Source: Vicugna vicugna
Lineage: Eukaryota
DNA: 64,000 nucleotides
Assembly: GCA_013265495.1 (NCBI GenBank)
Contig: MU057521.1
Coordinates: forward strand, 186,001 to 250,000
Direction of reading: 5' to 3'
Shown piece after piece: positions 12,553 to 25,529 of this stretch (the first letter of the stretch is position 1; each line of letters begins with the position of its first letter). Below the pieces are notes generated by a model. That model did not search any database and had not been told where the DNA came from. It was given only the letters and a program-made list of their open reading frames with translations. Both the position numbers and the translations under genes were made by a program.

Positions 12553-13662
12553 AAATCAATAAATACTTATTGAATAGATGCATTGAGCTGGTCTCCTGTC
12601 TTCCAGACACTGTTTTAAGGGCTGAAAAACCAATAATGAATAAGACCTAAATGGTCACTTTCCTTACAAAGCTTGCATCTTCACAAGGAAGAGAAAACCA
12701 GAAATTTATAAATAATTTACTACAAGGGAAATGCAAATCAAAACCACAATGAGATATCACCTCACACCTGTCAGGATGGCCATCAACAAAAAGAACACAA
12801 ATAACAAATATTGGCGAGGGGGTGGAAAAGAGGGAACCCTCCTACACAGTTGCTGGGAATGTAATTTGGTACAGCAGCCACTGTGGAAAAAAGTAGGGAG
12901 GTTTCTCAAAAAACTAAAAATAGAACTACTGTATGACTCAGCAATACCACTCCTGGGTATATATCCAAAAAAACCCCAAAACACTAAATCAGAAAGACAG
13001 ATGCACTTCAACGTTCATAGCAGCATTATTATCATTGCCAAGATATGGAAACAATCTAAGTGTCCGTCAACAGATAAATAGATAAAGAAGATGTGGTGTG
13101 TAATACACACACACACACACACACACACTCTTAATGAATACTACTCAGCCATTAAAAAAGTCTGAAAATTTGCCATTTGCGGCAACAAGGATGGACTTGG
13201 AGGACATTATGCTTAGTGAAGTAAGTCAGAGAAAGGTAAATACTGTATGATATTGCTTATATGTGGAATCTAAAAAGATACATCAAATAGTGACTATAAC
13301 AAAAAAGAAGCAGACCCACAGATACAGAGAACAACCCAGTGGTTACCAGTGGGGAGACGGGGGAGGGGCAACATCGGGGTGGGAGAGTGGGCGGTACAAA
13401 CTACTGGCTGTAAGACAGGCTCAAGGAAGTATTATAACATGCAGGGAATATAACCAATATTTTGTAATAACTTCAAGTAGAAAGTAATCTTTCAAAATCA
13501 TATAAAGAATTAAAAAATTTAAAAATGAAACATGAAAAAAATGACTATGGGGGAGTAGAGTACTTTGAAAATACCTACTAGGAGGTGCTGGGTTTTCCCA
13601 GAGATGCTTTACATTTTCTCTGAGGATATTAAATATGAGCTAAAATCTGAAGGATTAGGAGT
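12553..13662 (-). mobile_element. L2 relic interrupted by the L1 at 12724-13541
   Basis: caataaatacttattgaa...ccagacactgttttaaggg...aatgaataagac on the left, continuing ...tgagctaaaatctgaaggattaggagtt on the right. Confidence 0.6.
12724..13541 (+). mobile_element. 5'-truncated L1 (ORF2 C-terminus, 3'UTR, A-rich tail)
   Basis: ORF 12731-13081 ([17 protein letters not shown]...[10 protein letters not shown]) is the L1 ORF2 C-terminus. Internal (CA)n at 13105-13128. Confidence 0.97.
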
Positions 13663-14184
13663 TTAAGAAAAAAACTTATTTTGCTCTTGCTTTTTCTTGG
13701 TTTAGTTGATTTTAGAAATGTTTTAGGTTAAAATGTCACATTATTTTATGTTTAAGTTAAATTACTATTGTAATTTACACTAATTACTATATTACACTAA
13801 TTACTATTTAGCCTACTTGATAATATTAATGGCTTAAAAATACTTTTGGAGTATTTGAATTGACTAATTAAACATGATAAAATGTATTTAATATCTGATG
13901 TTCAGAGACTGCATCAGTCTTTCTAAACAGAATGCGTACAGTACAACACTCTCACATCTTACACACGTACGTGAAAGAAAAGGAAAAAGAATCAAATCAC
14001 TTAGGAAGTAATTTTTCTACAGTGAGCCCATCACAGGACCTACAGCCTCAGGCTAAAATACCACAAAGACAAATGTTATTTTTATAAATGTACATACAGA
14101 ACGTACATATCTAATTTATGTAGATTATAAATTATATATTATAAATTTGTAATTAATAAACACAAACATTGTTTTATTTTACAG

Positions 14185-14261
14185 GCAGTTTGCATAGATC
14201 ACACAGGTGGAAACTAGAAGAAACAGGCTCAAGGACACGAGGACCAATTTTCCATTTCCAG
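14185..14261 (+). other. Candidate internal exon (77 nt)
   Basis: Near-consensus acceptor ttgttttattttacag|G and donor CAG|gtaagc in unique sequence. Only one frame is open. Confidence 0.5.
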
Positions 14262-15671
14262 GTAAGCAGTCAACTACATCAAACATGTGGAGTTTTTCAC
14301 TACACATATGGTTCTATACTAAATTTTACAAAAATTAAAATTGTTACAAATCCATTTTTCTGTATATTCTACTTGTGATTATCCTTGTATTATAATGTTG
14401 ATTAATTTGTCAAAACATTATTAGCTTGTACCTACTTTGTGGTAGGCCTGACATACAACGGATCTAAGCACTAATACAGTCCGTGAAGAGCCCTAGGAGA
14501 GGCAGACACTTAGCGATTATGTATTTAGTTAAGGAATGAGTGAAAATTCCTGTATTTGTAAATTCATTTGATCTTGAAAGAAAAATTCAATAAATAAAGA
14601 TGTATTTTTAATTGCATTAATTTTAAAAGGGAAGGTTAAATGACTTCCCTACTCCATGCATTTTGTAAACTACAGAAGTGGGTCACGTGGCCACAGATTA
14701 CAGAAACTCATAAAGCTAAATAAAATCCACTTGAATTAGGTCCAAAAATGAAAATAAAATAAGTACAGAATTTGTAGTTAACATTTTTATCTAGATAATG
14801 GTCCCTCAGGCAGCTTCTCCCGATTCCCCACTAAAAAACAATAAAGAAATGGGAGAGCGATGAACACTGTCTAAGAGTGGCAGTTAGCCATTGCCAACAT
14901 CTGGGGCTGGAGGAGAAATTCATTGATTGTAAGATGTGTGGATCCCAATTAACAATCATAATCAGAAGTTATCCTTCCTTCATTGTTAAACGTTTACTGT
15001 GAGCCAGACGTTTAGTTCTTTCTTGAAAGAGAGGTAGTGTTATGACGTAGATTTTTGCCCCACTGTTCTGGGTTTAAAAAAATAACAACAACTATGCTGA
15101 GCAGAAAACTGGGCAGCTAAGTCCTTCTTCCTGAAATGGCCAATATGAATAGTCGTTTTCAACTTTGCGGAGATTGCCACCACCCAAAACCAGAAGGGCA
15201 GAGAGTATGAATGTTTGTCAGGTGCGTTGTTGAGGGAGCGAAGAAATGGCTACTAACCCCCACACGGAAGTTGTGATTCTAGAAATAAAGCAGATGAAAG
15301 CAGAAAAAAAAGTGAGGCCTTTTTTGGTTTGTTTCTGTTCTCTGCTATTTCATATCATCTTAAAAATAAGCACTAATATAAGCATTTAATAATAGATGCT
15401 ATTTCTGTCCAGCAATGATTAACATATTATATACTTGCTCATCTAATTCAGACCACATGTGTGGGAATGCCACACAGTTTAGCTCAACTATTACCAAAAA
15501 AAATTAGACCAGGTTCAGAAACATCCCTCTTTCTATTACAAAACACTTGCCCAATTCTAGTAACACCCGAGTAGGTATGAGCAGGGACAAGGAGAATTTA
15601 TACTCTGTGAATGTACCACATCTTAACAGATTGCTTCTTACTCTAGAGTAAATAAACACATAAAAACACTG

Positions 15672-16800
15672 TGAGTTCTGCTTCTGCTTAAGATGCAGAA
15701 GGCTTCAAGAGAACATCATTTTCAAACTAACAATGAGAGAAAAAAGGCCAGCTAATCTACAAAATCATTACTTTGTATTGACCTCATCAGAAGGTTAAAG
15801 TCACAAGTCAAGTAAACATCCCTGAGAGAGAGAATCCTTTTCAGTGAGACACAGGACACAGGAACTGTTTTATCTCAGAGAACAGAAGAAAGATGTGAAT
15901 GCCATATAAACAAGTAAGAAAAAAATTGGCTAGAATTACATATAACCCATTATGAAAGAACAAATATGGGCTAGCCTCAGATCAGAAGAGCTAACATCCC
16001 CGGACCAAGGGAGTTCATGCTCATTTACAATCTCTTTTGAGTAGCTCTCCATCGGTGCTCAAGAGAAAGGCGAGGTGCATGGTGGGAGACGAGAGGGGCC
16101 CCCTTTCATGGTGCAGGGATGGTGGAGGTGACTGCTGCTGGGGCACAGACAGAAAATCCTGCCAAATCTCCTTGACTGTTCTCTGCTGTGAAGCATGAAC
16201 TTTAAAACTCTAGGATATAGGTAGCAATCACTGAACTCCCAGGGCTGATTAAAAATTAATTATGAGAAATAAATAGAAGCAAAACCCCTTCTGTCTTTGG
16301 ATGAGGGTAAAACGAGCTCTTACTCAGGATACAGGCAAAGATCAATGGCTTAGAGAAAACCTCCTGCCCCTGGGATGGGGACCCAGAACCATGGTGGGTT
16401 CAGGATTCTGCATCCATTTCCAGCAGGGGTCTGCTAACACTGGAGGAGGAACAGAAGCCTCAGGCACGTCACCGATCCGCATCTGAGCATGCTAACAAAG
16501 TTTCATCCCCAAGAGCCAGCCAGGTAAGCAGAACCTGCCCAAAGTGGAGGCCGACCAGGTAAGAAAAATGGTTCTGAGTGAAAATGGGGAAGGAGGAAAA
16601 GCATGAGGAGAGAACCCCTATGCTGCGCAGGTGCGCAGGGACTGCCGAAAGCCGTGGAGCAGGAAAACAGAAAACCCGTCTACACCAAGCCCTGCTCTCA
16701 GCACGGGTGAGGGCGGCACTGGACGTCTAAGTGTGCAGCGCCGTGAACAGGACAGTGGCAACAGTGAAACCCAAACCCAGATCAACTCCCGATTCCTTTG
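15672..16800 (+). mobile_element. Ancient L1M 5' region
   Basis: ttctgcttctgcttaagatgcagaagg...acaatgagagaaaaaagg and caaatatgggctagc...ggtgctcaagagaaag match old L1 5' ends. Homologous to 51040-51200. Confidence 0.6.
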
Positions 16801-18740
16801 AACTGGATCTCTGTATGTAATCTATTTCTGGCTGATTTTAGTATCTGTTATTTGTTGTTGGTTTTCAAGAGTTTGACTATATAATTGTCTCTGGGTGTCT
16901 GTGGGGGGATTAGTTCCAGGACCCCCATGGATACCAAAAGCCGCGGATGCTCAAGTCTCTGATCTCAAGTTGTGTGGTACAGTTAGCCTTCGATATCCAC
17001 GGATTCCGCATCCGTGGACTCAACAACCGCGGATCGAATTCCGCGGCTGGCTGCCTGTCCAGGTGTTTGTTTTGTTTTGAATTCTGATCAGAATTTGCTG
17101 AGATTCTTGGATCTGTGGATCAGTGTTTTTTCTCTATTTCAGAACGTCCTCAGCCATTTTCTTTTCAAATATGTGTAACTTATTTTCTCCCTTTTTCTCT
17201 GGGAATCCAATTACAAGAATCTTAGACCAAAAGTACTGACAAGGATCAATGCTTTTTTTCTGTGTTTTTGAACTCTTTTTTTTTTTTCACTTTGTGTTTT
17301 AGTTTGGATTGACCCACATTCAAGTACGCTGATTCTAAGCAGTCTTCTATTTAATCCACCAGATAAATTCTTCAGATCTGATACTGTATTTTTTATTTCT
17401 TGCATTTCTGTATGGTTCCTTTGTAGAGTTGCCACACTCCTGAAATCACCATCTCTTCAGGAGTGTTATCCCTTCCTCCAGTAGATCCTTTGGCACTTTC
17501 CGTAATTGTTTAAAATCACTGTTATAATTTCAGCAACTGAGCATCTCCAGGTCTCTTTCTTTAGACTATTTATTATCTCGTCTGTATGTCACATTTTCTA
17601 TTATTGTGTGCGTATAGTTTGTAATTGTGGTTGCATGCTGGCATTTGCATATAAAAATGTAGGCAGTAAATCAAATGACATTCACTTTCTGCACGTCCAT
17701 CTGATCTGCAATTCATCTGGGTCGGGCTTTGCTGCCTATTGAATTTGAGTCAGTTCACCGCTGACTTCAGACCTTTGGGGATTTGGATGGAGACTTCCCC
17801 ATCTGCATGGTCTGGGGCCAAGGCGGGACTTAGCCAGTCTTGTCTGTGCTTCAAAGCTGAGCCGCCCGCGAGATCTCTTGCTACTTCACAGCCTGGCTGT
17901 GAAGTGTCTGGGTCACTGGAGTGTTCTCTTTGCTGCCCAGTCCTTCCTCTTGGTTTCTGCGCCTACAAGAGATCCCCACAGTCCAGCTGTCTCTTCCTTC
18001 GGAAGGCAGCCTCCCTGCACTCTGTGATGGCTCAGAATGTCTCCACATTTCTCTCAGTTCTACCCTGTGCCTCCAGGCTTTGGTTTCTGAAATTGTGGAC
18101 AGTGTCTGGGATTTCTCACAGTTCTCTCACCCCACCTCAAGACTCTGGTGATTGGAAGCCCTGATTCTGTTAGGTGGTCCCCTCGGTCTGCTGGTCCAAC
18201 TCAGTTTTTGGTAGTTGAAAATCTGGGGGACTCGGAAGGATGTTATCTGAACATTCCCTCCTCTTTTCATAGCAACCCCCCAGCGCATCTTTGCTAGAAG
18301 TCTACCTGATCCCCTGCCCTCCCACCACTTTCTGCAGGTGACTGCTCTGTATGGGGAGGAGGCCAGTGTGCCCTAGGGAGACTCTCCCAGGTCTCCTTCT
18401 GTGTCCCAGCTGCTGACACACTTCTCCCAAGTATTTGGTGAAGGTTTGTGGAAAAACGGTGGTGTCTGAGGGCAGACGTGCTTTGTGGTGGGAACCCTTG
18501 TAATTCTAACATGATTTGCCAGTCCACACGTTGCTGTTACTTTTTTTAAACTTCAGCTGTTTTCACCTTATCATCGTCTATGATGGGTTCCTTTTCCACC
18601 TGCTCTTTGGCCAGTGGAAAGCTCAGCCGTGGGTCTTTCATTGCCTGCGAAAGACGTGCCACTTTATGGACTTAGGTCGTTTTGGTTTCTTTGAGGCCTC
18701 AGCAAACTGCTGCTCTGTCTCTTGTGCTGTTTTACTGTGA
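16800..18740 (-). mobile_element. Ancient L1M 5'UTR and ORF1 relic
   Basis: Minus ORF 17211-17435 (EMQEIKNTVSDLKNLSGGLNRRL..RISVLE) resembles the L1 ORF1 coiled coil. The 5'UTR-like block at 18420-18570 is an inverted homologue of 51040-51200. Confidence 0.7.
16885..17055 (+). mobile_element. MER2-like Tigger (TcMar) non-autonomous element
   Basis: gtggggggattagttccaggacccccatggataccaaaagccgcggatgctcaagtc is the MER2-family 5' end. Confidence 0.85.
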
Positions 18741-18819
18741 ACAGCTTCTTCGCACTAGATCTTTTACATCTATAAGCATTTACTAGAAAGTAACAGTTAT
18801 TACTAGTTGGTGACCCTTA

Positions 18820-19080
18820 AATGATTCCCCACGCTTCACCACCACAAGCGGTTACTTCTCCTCACATGCCATATTCCATGACCCTACTTAAAACATTTTT
18901 TTTTCAGTCTTCTCACTATGTGAAATCAAGTTATTACACATTTGCCTACTTGTTTATTATCTGGGTTTCTCCCCTGAAATGTATGAGGGCAAAGGGCCAA
19001 ACTTTTCTTTGGGCAAGGTTAATCCTTTAATGCACAGCTCTGTATCGGCATTTATCCAGATGTGCATTACATGGATATAC
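18820..19080 (+). mobile_element. L2 3' end relic
   Basis: acttgtttattatctgggtttctcccctgaaatgtatgagggca is typical of L2 3' ends. Confidence 0.55.
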
Positions 19081-19241
19081 ATGCTATTTCTCCATTTTTC
19101 CTTTGCATGCTGATCCAGTGGCCTGTAATACACAGCAACAACAAAAATTCATTACAGAAATACGGCAAGTTGACACAATAGCTTCCTGATTTTTGGAACA
19201 ATTTACTGTTTCTTTCCCTCATTCTCTTAATTTTCTTGCAA

Positions 19242-19348
19242 TGGTTTCAAGCTTTCAACTAATCAAATGCAATTTTCATAAAATGTAATTTTAATAAAAT
19301 TTCAGTTTTAGTAAAATGTTTACCTTATTACTTGAAAGCTTGAAACCA
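19242..19348. repeat. 107-nt imperfect palindrome with perfect 17-bp terminal arms
   Basis: tggtttcaagctttcaa (19242-19258) and ttgaaagcttgaaacca (19332-19348) are exact reverse complements. The inner halves also align. Confidence 0.9.
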
Positions 19349-22299
19349 CCTCAGAAAAACACACACTGGTAACCAACATTTAAGGGAAATTTTGCAGAAC
19401 AAATAATAACAAATGATACTTAGAATTCATTTAGACATAGGTTTCTTATCTGAGGAGTCAAGCAAAGAAATCCATTATTTTTACCACTTTTCCAATTTGC
19501 ATTAGGAATATTATTTACAGCAATTAGAAGATAATGCATTTTCAATATATACAAATCATAGAAAAGATAATAAAATATTTTATATCGGTGTCATTACCAC
19601 TTTATATCCCCTAATTCAGTTACAGCCAGCTTTATTAGCAGATATCTTGGAATTTGGTGTCTAATATTTAATCATGAAGCACATTTTCTCAACTGTGAGC
19701 ATTTTCCTATTATTTGTATTTTATTTTGTAAACTTTACTCTGCGAAGAGACATTTGAAATGAGAAGTAACCAGATAACCAGAAAAAGGCTGTATCAAAGA
19801 TAAGGAGATGTTGTTAGGCTAGTTAACAAAGCCATTTCTAGTTTGATTTTCTTCCAAGTTTACTAATGTGCTGTGTGAGTGTAAATGTATAATGTCTCAT
19901 TTGGATATAGCATCACACAATTCAGGACTGAATTTCAGCATGTAGTTTCACTCCATAGAGCTTTCAAGTTACTCTTCTAAGGGTAAGAGTTTCTTCAATT
20001 AATGAAAAGAAATGCTTAATCGATACTGCTTCCTACAGTAGGTGATAAACCTAGTCTAAGGGACAGCCAGTTATAAACAGCTGAAAAGGTCAGGGAACCA
20101 GGCGGACAGTCAATAAAAGGCAAGAAGTACATTTCGACAGATCATGATTTTGAAAGAGAAAATTGTTCTAATGGATCCACAACTGGAAATAGAGGGGAAC
20201 AATTATCCTCAGAATGCTTTTCTGGACAAGAGGCTGAAACTAATTTGCACGTGAATTTGATCTGCGTTCTGAGTTGATTTAACCTACCTTTATGATTTAA
20301 TTTGTAAACATTCTAGGCCATTCTTATAAGAACAGCTTTCACTCCTTCAAGTGGCACCAGTCTAAGCTCAGAACTAGCAGGTATTTAAAAGTATTAACAG
20401 TGAAGCACAGATTCCCTTTGGATGAATAATCTAGAGAAACGGTATTTTGGAAAATAAATTCTACTATCTAAATATTACAAAATTTTAAAATTCCATTTTT
20501 AAACAACAAAGATGGGCATATCGTCAGTGCAAGATCATTGGGGTAAAAGTCTAACATATGGGGGTTGGGGGACCATCTCCACGGCACAAAAATCCATGGT
20601 ACAAAACCTAGTACTCATCATCAATCACAGAAATTCCAGTTCTGTTTAGAAGAAGTACCCAGACAACATCTTTACCAAAAAAATGGATATCCTAACAACT
20701 GCTTGAATAAAAGAAACCATAACCTAGCATTTGTAAGAGTTTTTGCTGTTGCAGAATTCTCAATGTAATGACACTTCTCACTATTGATTCAGATTTGCAT
20801 GCATTATGTTCTTGTATGCAGAGGATGATGTTTTTGGTGACATAAAAAGGAATCAATTAATAGATCTGAGTCTTCTGGTGATAGTAGTCTGAGATCAGTA
20901 ATTCTAATGTTAACAGATGTGGAAAGGATTACCTGAACATGAGCAAACATAAAATACCACCAAAACCTCATTAATTTGGTCTTAACCCTTTAGAATTTAT
21001 CATCATTTGAATAGAATGCATTAATGCTTACTTTTGTTGAATACATTTTTTTTCACAGCGCTACGTGTATAAACTAAATACTGAAGGGAATACTGTGTTT
21101 ACAACGTAAAATTTTAGACACACTAATTTACATATGTGGTACACTTATGAATAGTTAATCCACAAGAAATTTTAAATAAGAAACTATAACTTTTTTTGCT
21201 GCTCTGAAAATGTTCAGATTTTTTCAATATTAAAATAACCACCCTTAATCTTATAATATCCTTTTGAATATATCTTATTTCAACATCAGAAGAACTTTTG
21301 AGATCTGTAGTTCTATTGTTTTCCTATTGGAGAACCAATACAACACTACACCAGAACTATGTACAGGATTTTATCTAAAAGGAGAAGAATTGAAGGAGTC
21401 AGGAGAATGAGATTATCAGAATTATCAGATTATGTAATTTTAAAAAGCATGTTCAAAATAAGACCAATAAATAATAAGACTAATAAATACTTTCTAAAAT
21501 AACAGACCAAACAGAACCTTACTTGCAAAGGCCAGAAAATTAAGGGCACTTTCATCCTAACACTGTAGTAATGTACATAAAATTATGTATTATTGGGGTA
21601 AAATATTTTCCAAACCTGCCTTTATTTAAGAAATTCTATTTTTTTCAAATAAAAGCCTAACTTGTCAAAAGATCTAAACATCTGAAAGAGAGTTTACTTT
21701 TATGCACCTTTAACCTGTAAGTTAGCAAGCAACATTTACATAAAAATGTTATTTCAAGAAGAATCCATTATTTAAGTTCATGTATTTGTAAATTTCATGG
21801 GCAGATTAGATTTAAAAAAAAATCTCTGTGGCAATACCTGCTTCAGAGAGAATGATATATTTATATCTGGGGAACAAGCTTCCAAATGCAGTACAAACAT
21901 CTATGAGTTTTTCTCAAAAAATGATTGAAAATATTCATCTTTTTTTGTAGAATCAAACAAGATTTAAGAAAAATAAGAACCTTAAATATACAGAGGAAGT
22001 TGCAGCTGTACCTAAGAGAAATTATTAATCACTCTCAGGCAGTTTTTGGCAAATATGCAAAGTAAAATTTTTTAAACCGTCATTGGATTCTTGGCCATAT
22101 GATCAACTTATATTCAAAACATAATTCTAAAGTCATCCATAGAATTGTCAAGATAATGTGTGTGTATTTTGAAATTATAAAATGTAGGTTATAAAATGAA
22201 TGTATAGGTATGTCCCTTAAGATGCCATCAAAGGCTAGTTTTCTTATAAAGCTTCTGTGATTCCAGGAAGTAGTGAGAATTTAATACTTTAAGACAATG

Positions 22300-22680
22300 C
22301 CTAGAGATACAGTGAAATAGGTCACCATAGTTAAGAATCATGAAGTCCATTAGGAACCCATATCTGTCTCTCATTATTTTCAATCCTGACACCGTGGGTG
22401 ATGGATAAACTAGCACCATTCACCATGGAGTAGCCCACACACCTGACCCAGGACTCCTCGAATCTAAAAGAAGAAATCGGGTGGACACTGTAAAAACTTG
22501 GGGTTCAGCACCTGCCCCACACCAGCTTTCGGCTCATACACAGGAACTCTTTTACTTCCGCCTTCCAGCTATTGTACAGATTCTCCCTGTGGTCAGCCTT
22601 AACCCAGAATCATAAATAAGGGGAATACTATGAAAAAAGAGTTTCAACGTAGCTAATTTGACAGGACAAATCTACCACAG
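22300..22680 (-). mobile_element. Old ERVL/MaLR-type LTR relic
   Basis: aacccagaatcataaataaggggaatactatg...agctaatttgaca...taccaca resembles an old LTR terminus. Confidence 0.45.
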
Positions 22681-23364
22681 TGTCTACCTCATGGGGATTC
22701 CCAACATCCTCACAAACATTTACATTTGATTTTCCTCTATTTTATCCTATAGTTGTCAAGAAAAATTTCAAATTTTGAATGTCTGAAGAAAATGTCAGAA
22801 AATTAAGCATGTTGAGAAAACGAGGTTTATTTGCACTCATTTGCATACTTTCTCTAATACTTAGCATGCCCAAGAGTTCTGCAAATAGTAACAGGACTTC
22901 ATTTAGACTGAGATGCAGAAAAGGAGGCATTCCACATAAGAACATAAATTCAGATCTATTGAGGTTACTCCATTAAACTCATAGAAATTAACCTTTGTTT
23001 AATGAGGGTGTCCTTATTTTAGTGGTCAGTTTGCATTATAATCATTGATGCCCCCAAAAGAGCATACAGTCATTTCCCCTTACCAATCAATAATGCTAAA
23101 GTACTTCTGAAGTAAAGTCAAAGTGGGTGAAATTATTTAGTTAAAAATTATTTCTCTATAGCTACTTAGAAACTTATTGAAAAAAAGAACAGAAAATAAG
23201 TGATACCTAAACTGGCCAAGAAATAGTTTTAATGTATTAGGAAAGGACACATTTGCTGATCTCTGCTTTTCCACAATATAGGAACAACTAAAAACAAGAA
23301 TGAACATCTGAAAACAAGCACTGTGTTCACCTTATTAAATTTATATTTTTATCATGCATTGCAG

Positions 23365-23467
23365 ATTGCTTCCTTAAAATGCATTTTAATGATCTCAATT
23401 CTATTTTCGTCACTTTCTTTTCATTCCATTAGTGGTGAACAGTCATCTACAATTTTTGCTGCAGTCG
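23365..23467 (+). other. Candidate internal exon (103 nt), hydrophobic reading frame
   Basis: Acceptor tttttatcatgcattgcag|A and donor TCG|gtaagt. The single open frame reads IASLKCILMISILFSSLSFHSISGEQSSTIFAAV. Confidence 0.45.
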
Positions 23468-24269
23468 GTAAGTCTACTTTCATGGGTTCTCCCTTAGCAC
23501 CTTCAGTGTAAATCTGTAGGTGGGGAAATTTAATTACTATAATTTGGAGGAAGATTAACCAGGCTTATTAATAAACTCCTAATGACAATGTAAAGGACTT
23601 TTTTATGATGGGTTTTGTCACGTGTATCTGTGTGTTCAGATATATATTTCACTTGTTTCCTCTTTCTGTGTTCTGATTTATCTGTGTTTACCTTCCCAGA
23701 TAAATTACCTCTGGATAAGCAAGGAATTAGGTTATTTAGATATGTGGAATTTATGCATAATTACATAAAATGTCACTAGTAATTTTACTGTCTTGATTTC
23801 TCATTATCTATAACAATTCCAAATCCTTTTATCACCAGTTATCAAACGAGCTATTTGGAATATACTTCAGTGATAGCATTGACAAAACACGATGAGACAT
23901 AACTTCCAATTCAGTGTTTAATTTCTCACATCTTAGTTCATTCTTCCTGAGGTGAATATCATTTTCCTCCATTCACAATCCGATTCATGATGAAATGTTA
24001 ATGAGTTATTTCCTAAGATTACAGCAAGCATTTTAATTTAAGTCATCTTTTTGAGGGTGATGAACAAATATTTTTGATATTTCTAATTACTGATAAGACT
24101 ATTTCATGGAATTTATTCAGTGTCGATAATGTGTCTTCTCCTGAATCCTGCTAAAGTTGGCACTAATTTCACCTTCTTAATTCTATTTGTTTAATCATTT
24201 TCACCTTTTATTTATCTAAATTCATGTTTTTATAACCCTAATTACAACCAGTGATGTTTTAATTGTAAA

Positions 24270-24500
24270 ATAACTATTTATTGAGCATTTATGCTTGTCA
24301 CTAATCATAAAATATCTTAAGTCCTCATAACAACTAAGCAAAGTAATTGTTATTATGCCCTTTTTTATCTACAAAGAAACTGAGGTTCAAAAAAATTAAC
24401 TTTCTATAGATCACACAGCTATATGAGTCAGAGCTAGTAATTGAATCTAGTTCGTTCTGAATCCAGGACCTGTGCTCTTATCTCTACAGTATACTGCCTT
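24270..24500 (-). mobile_element. MIR SINE
   Basis: tatttattgagcattt...ttattatgccc...aagaaactgagg...gatcacacagcta. Confidence 0.8.
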
Positions 24501-25396
24501 TCTTTCTTTTTTTTTTTTTGGCAAAAAAAGAAATTTGTCTAAGAGAACATAATCTATATGTTTTTGTATAGATGCATACATGCACCAAATAACATGTAAA
24601 TGAGAAGACTTATTATGCAAAGGAGACATAATAGTTATTTGATCTGTATCACAAGGGCTTTGTGAACTTAGCATATGCAATCTGTTTTGCATTTTGTAAA
24701 AAGTTATATAAATAGGACTTAAAACCAATTTAAGGAATTTTAAATAAATGGAAGTCTCAAAGTTATTTAGCTGTAAAAGGGAGAATAAACTGGTGGAAAA
24801 GAACACAGGCTTTTATTATATTTGTGGTTTCCTAGTTAAAAAGAAATAAAGGGGAAAATCAGAGACATATAAACTATATGACAGATAGATTGTTGGAATA
24901 ACATATAGTTGTATAAAAAATAAAGTTTAGTAAATATCAAATAATGATTCCAAAATGTCAAAAAGTTGTATTTTAATCTAAGAGACACATCTATAAGTTG
25001 AATTACATACATGTGATATCTTTTCAGAGCACAGGTATATTATGCAAATTTGGGTATATCCCATTTTTTTCCCAGTTCTCCAATACTTTGCCATTTAACT
25101 GATGATACCACTTACAATTCAGGGTCACATATTTTAGTGACATCTCTAAATAAATAAATTCACAACTATTAATTTTTTTAATCTTCCTTACCTTCATTCC
25201 CCAAATTTCCATTTTCATTTTTATTATTTCTTCTGTTCATATCAGAATAATTTAAATTGTTGCTAACTCTGCTCAAAGTATCAGGATAAAGATTAAAATA
25301 TTAAAGAAGTTCTTGGAATTTTGTTAAATCCTTTGTACTGCTTGTTAGGTAGAAACACATTGAATAATACATGCAATTAAAATATATATATATACA

Positions 25397-25523
25397 GGGG
25401 AGGGTACAGTTCAAGTGGTAGAGTGCATGCTTATCATGTATGAGGTCCTGTGTTCGATCCCCAGTACTTGCTCTAAAAATAAATAAATAAATAAATAAAC
25501 ATAATTAACTACCCCCCCAAAAC
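25397..25523 (+). mobile_element. Vic-1-type camelid tRNA-derived SINE
   Basis: ggggagggtacagttcaagtggtagagtgcatgc...gttcgatcccc carries Pol III A/B boxes, followed by a (TAAA)n tail. Inserted in a (TA)n tract. Confidence 0.9.
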
Positions 25524-25529
25524 TTTTAT

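Noticed and set aside
12731..13081. 116-aa ORF as a gene
   Set aside because: It is the C-terminal fragment of L1 ORF2 in a 5'-truncated copy.
16624..16638. NRF1 site (tgcgcaggtgcgca)
   Set aside because: The half-site spacing is 2 nt longer than the GCGCnnGCGC consensus.
22779..22976. 65-aa ORF with a signal-peptide-like N-terminus
   Set aside because: Single short ORF with no recognised homology or promoter/splice support. Hydrophobic runs are common by chance in T-rich DNA.
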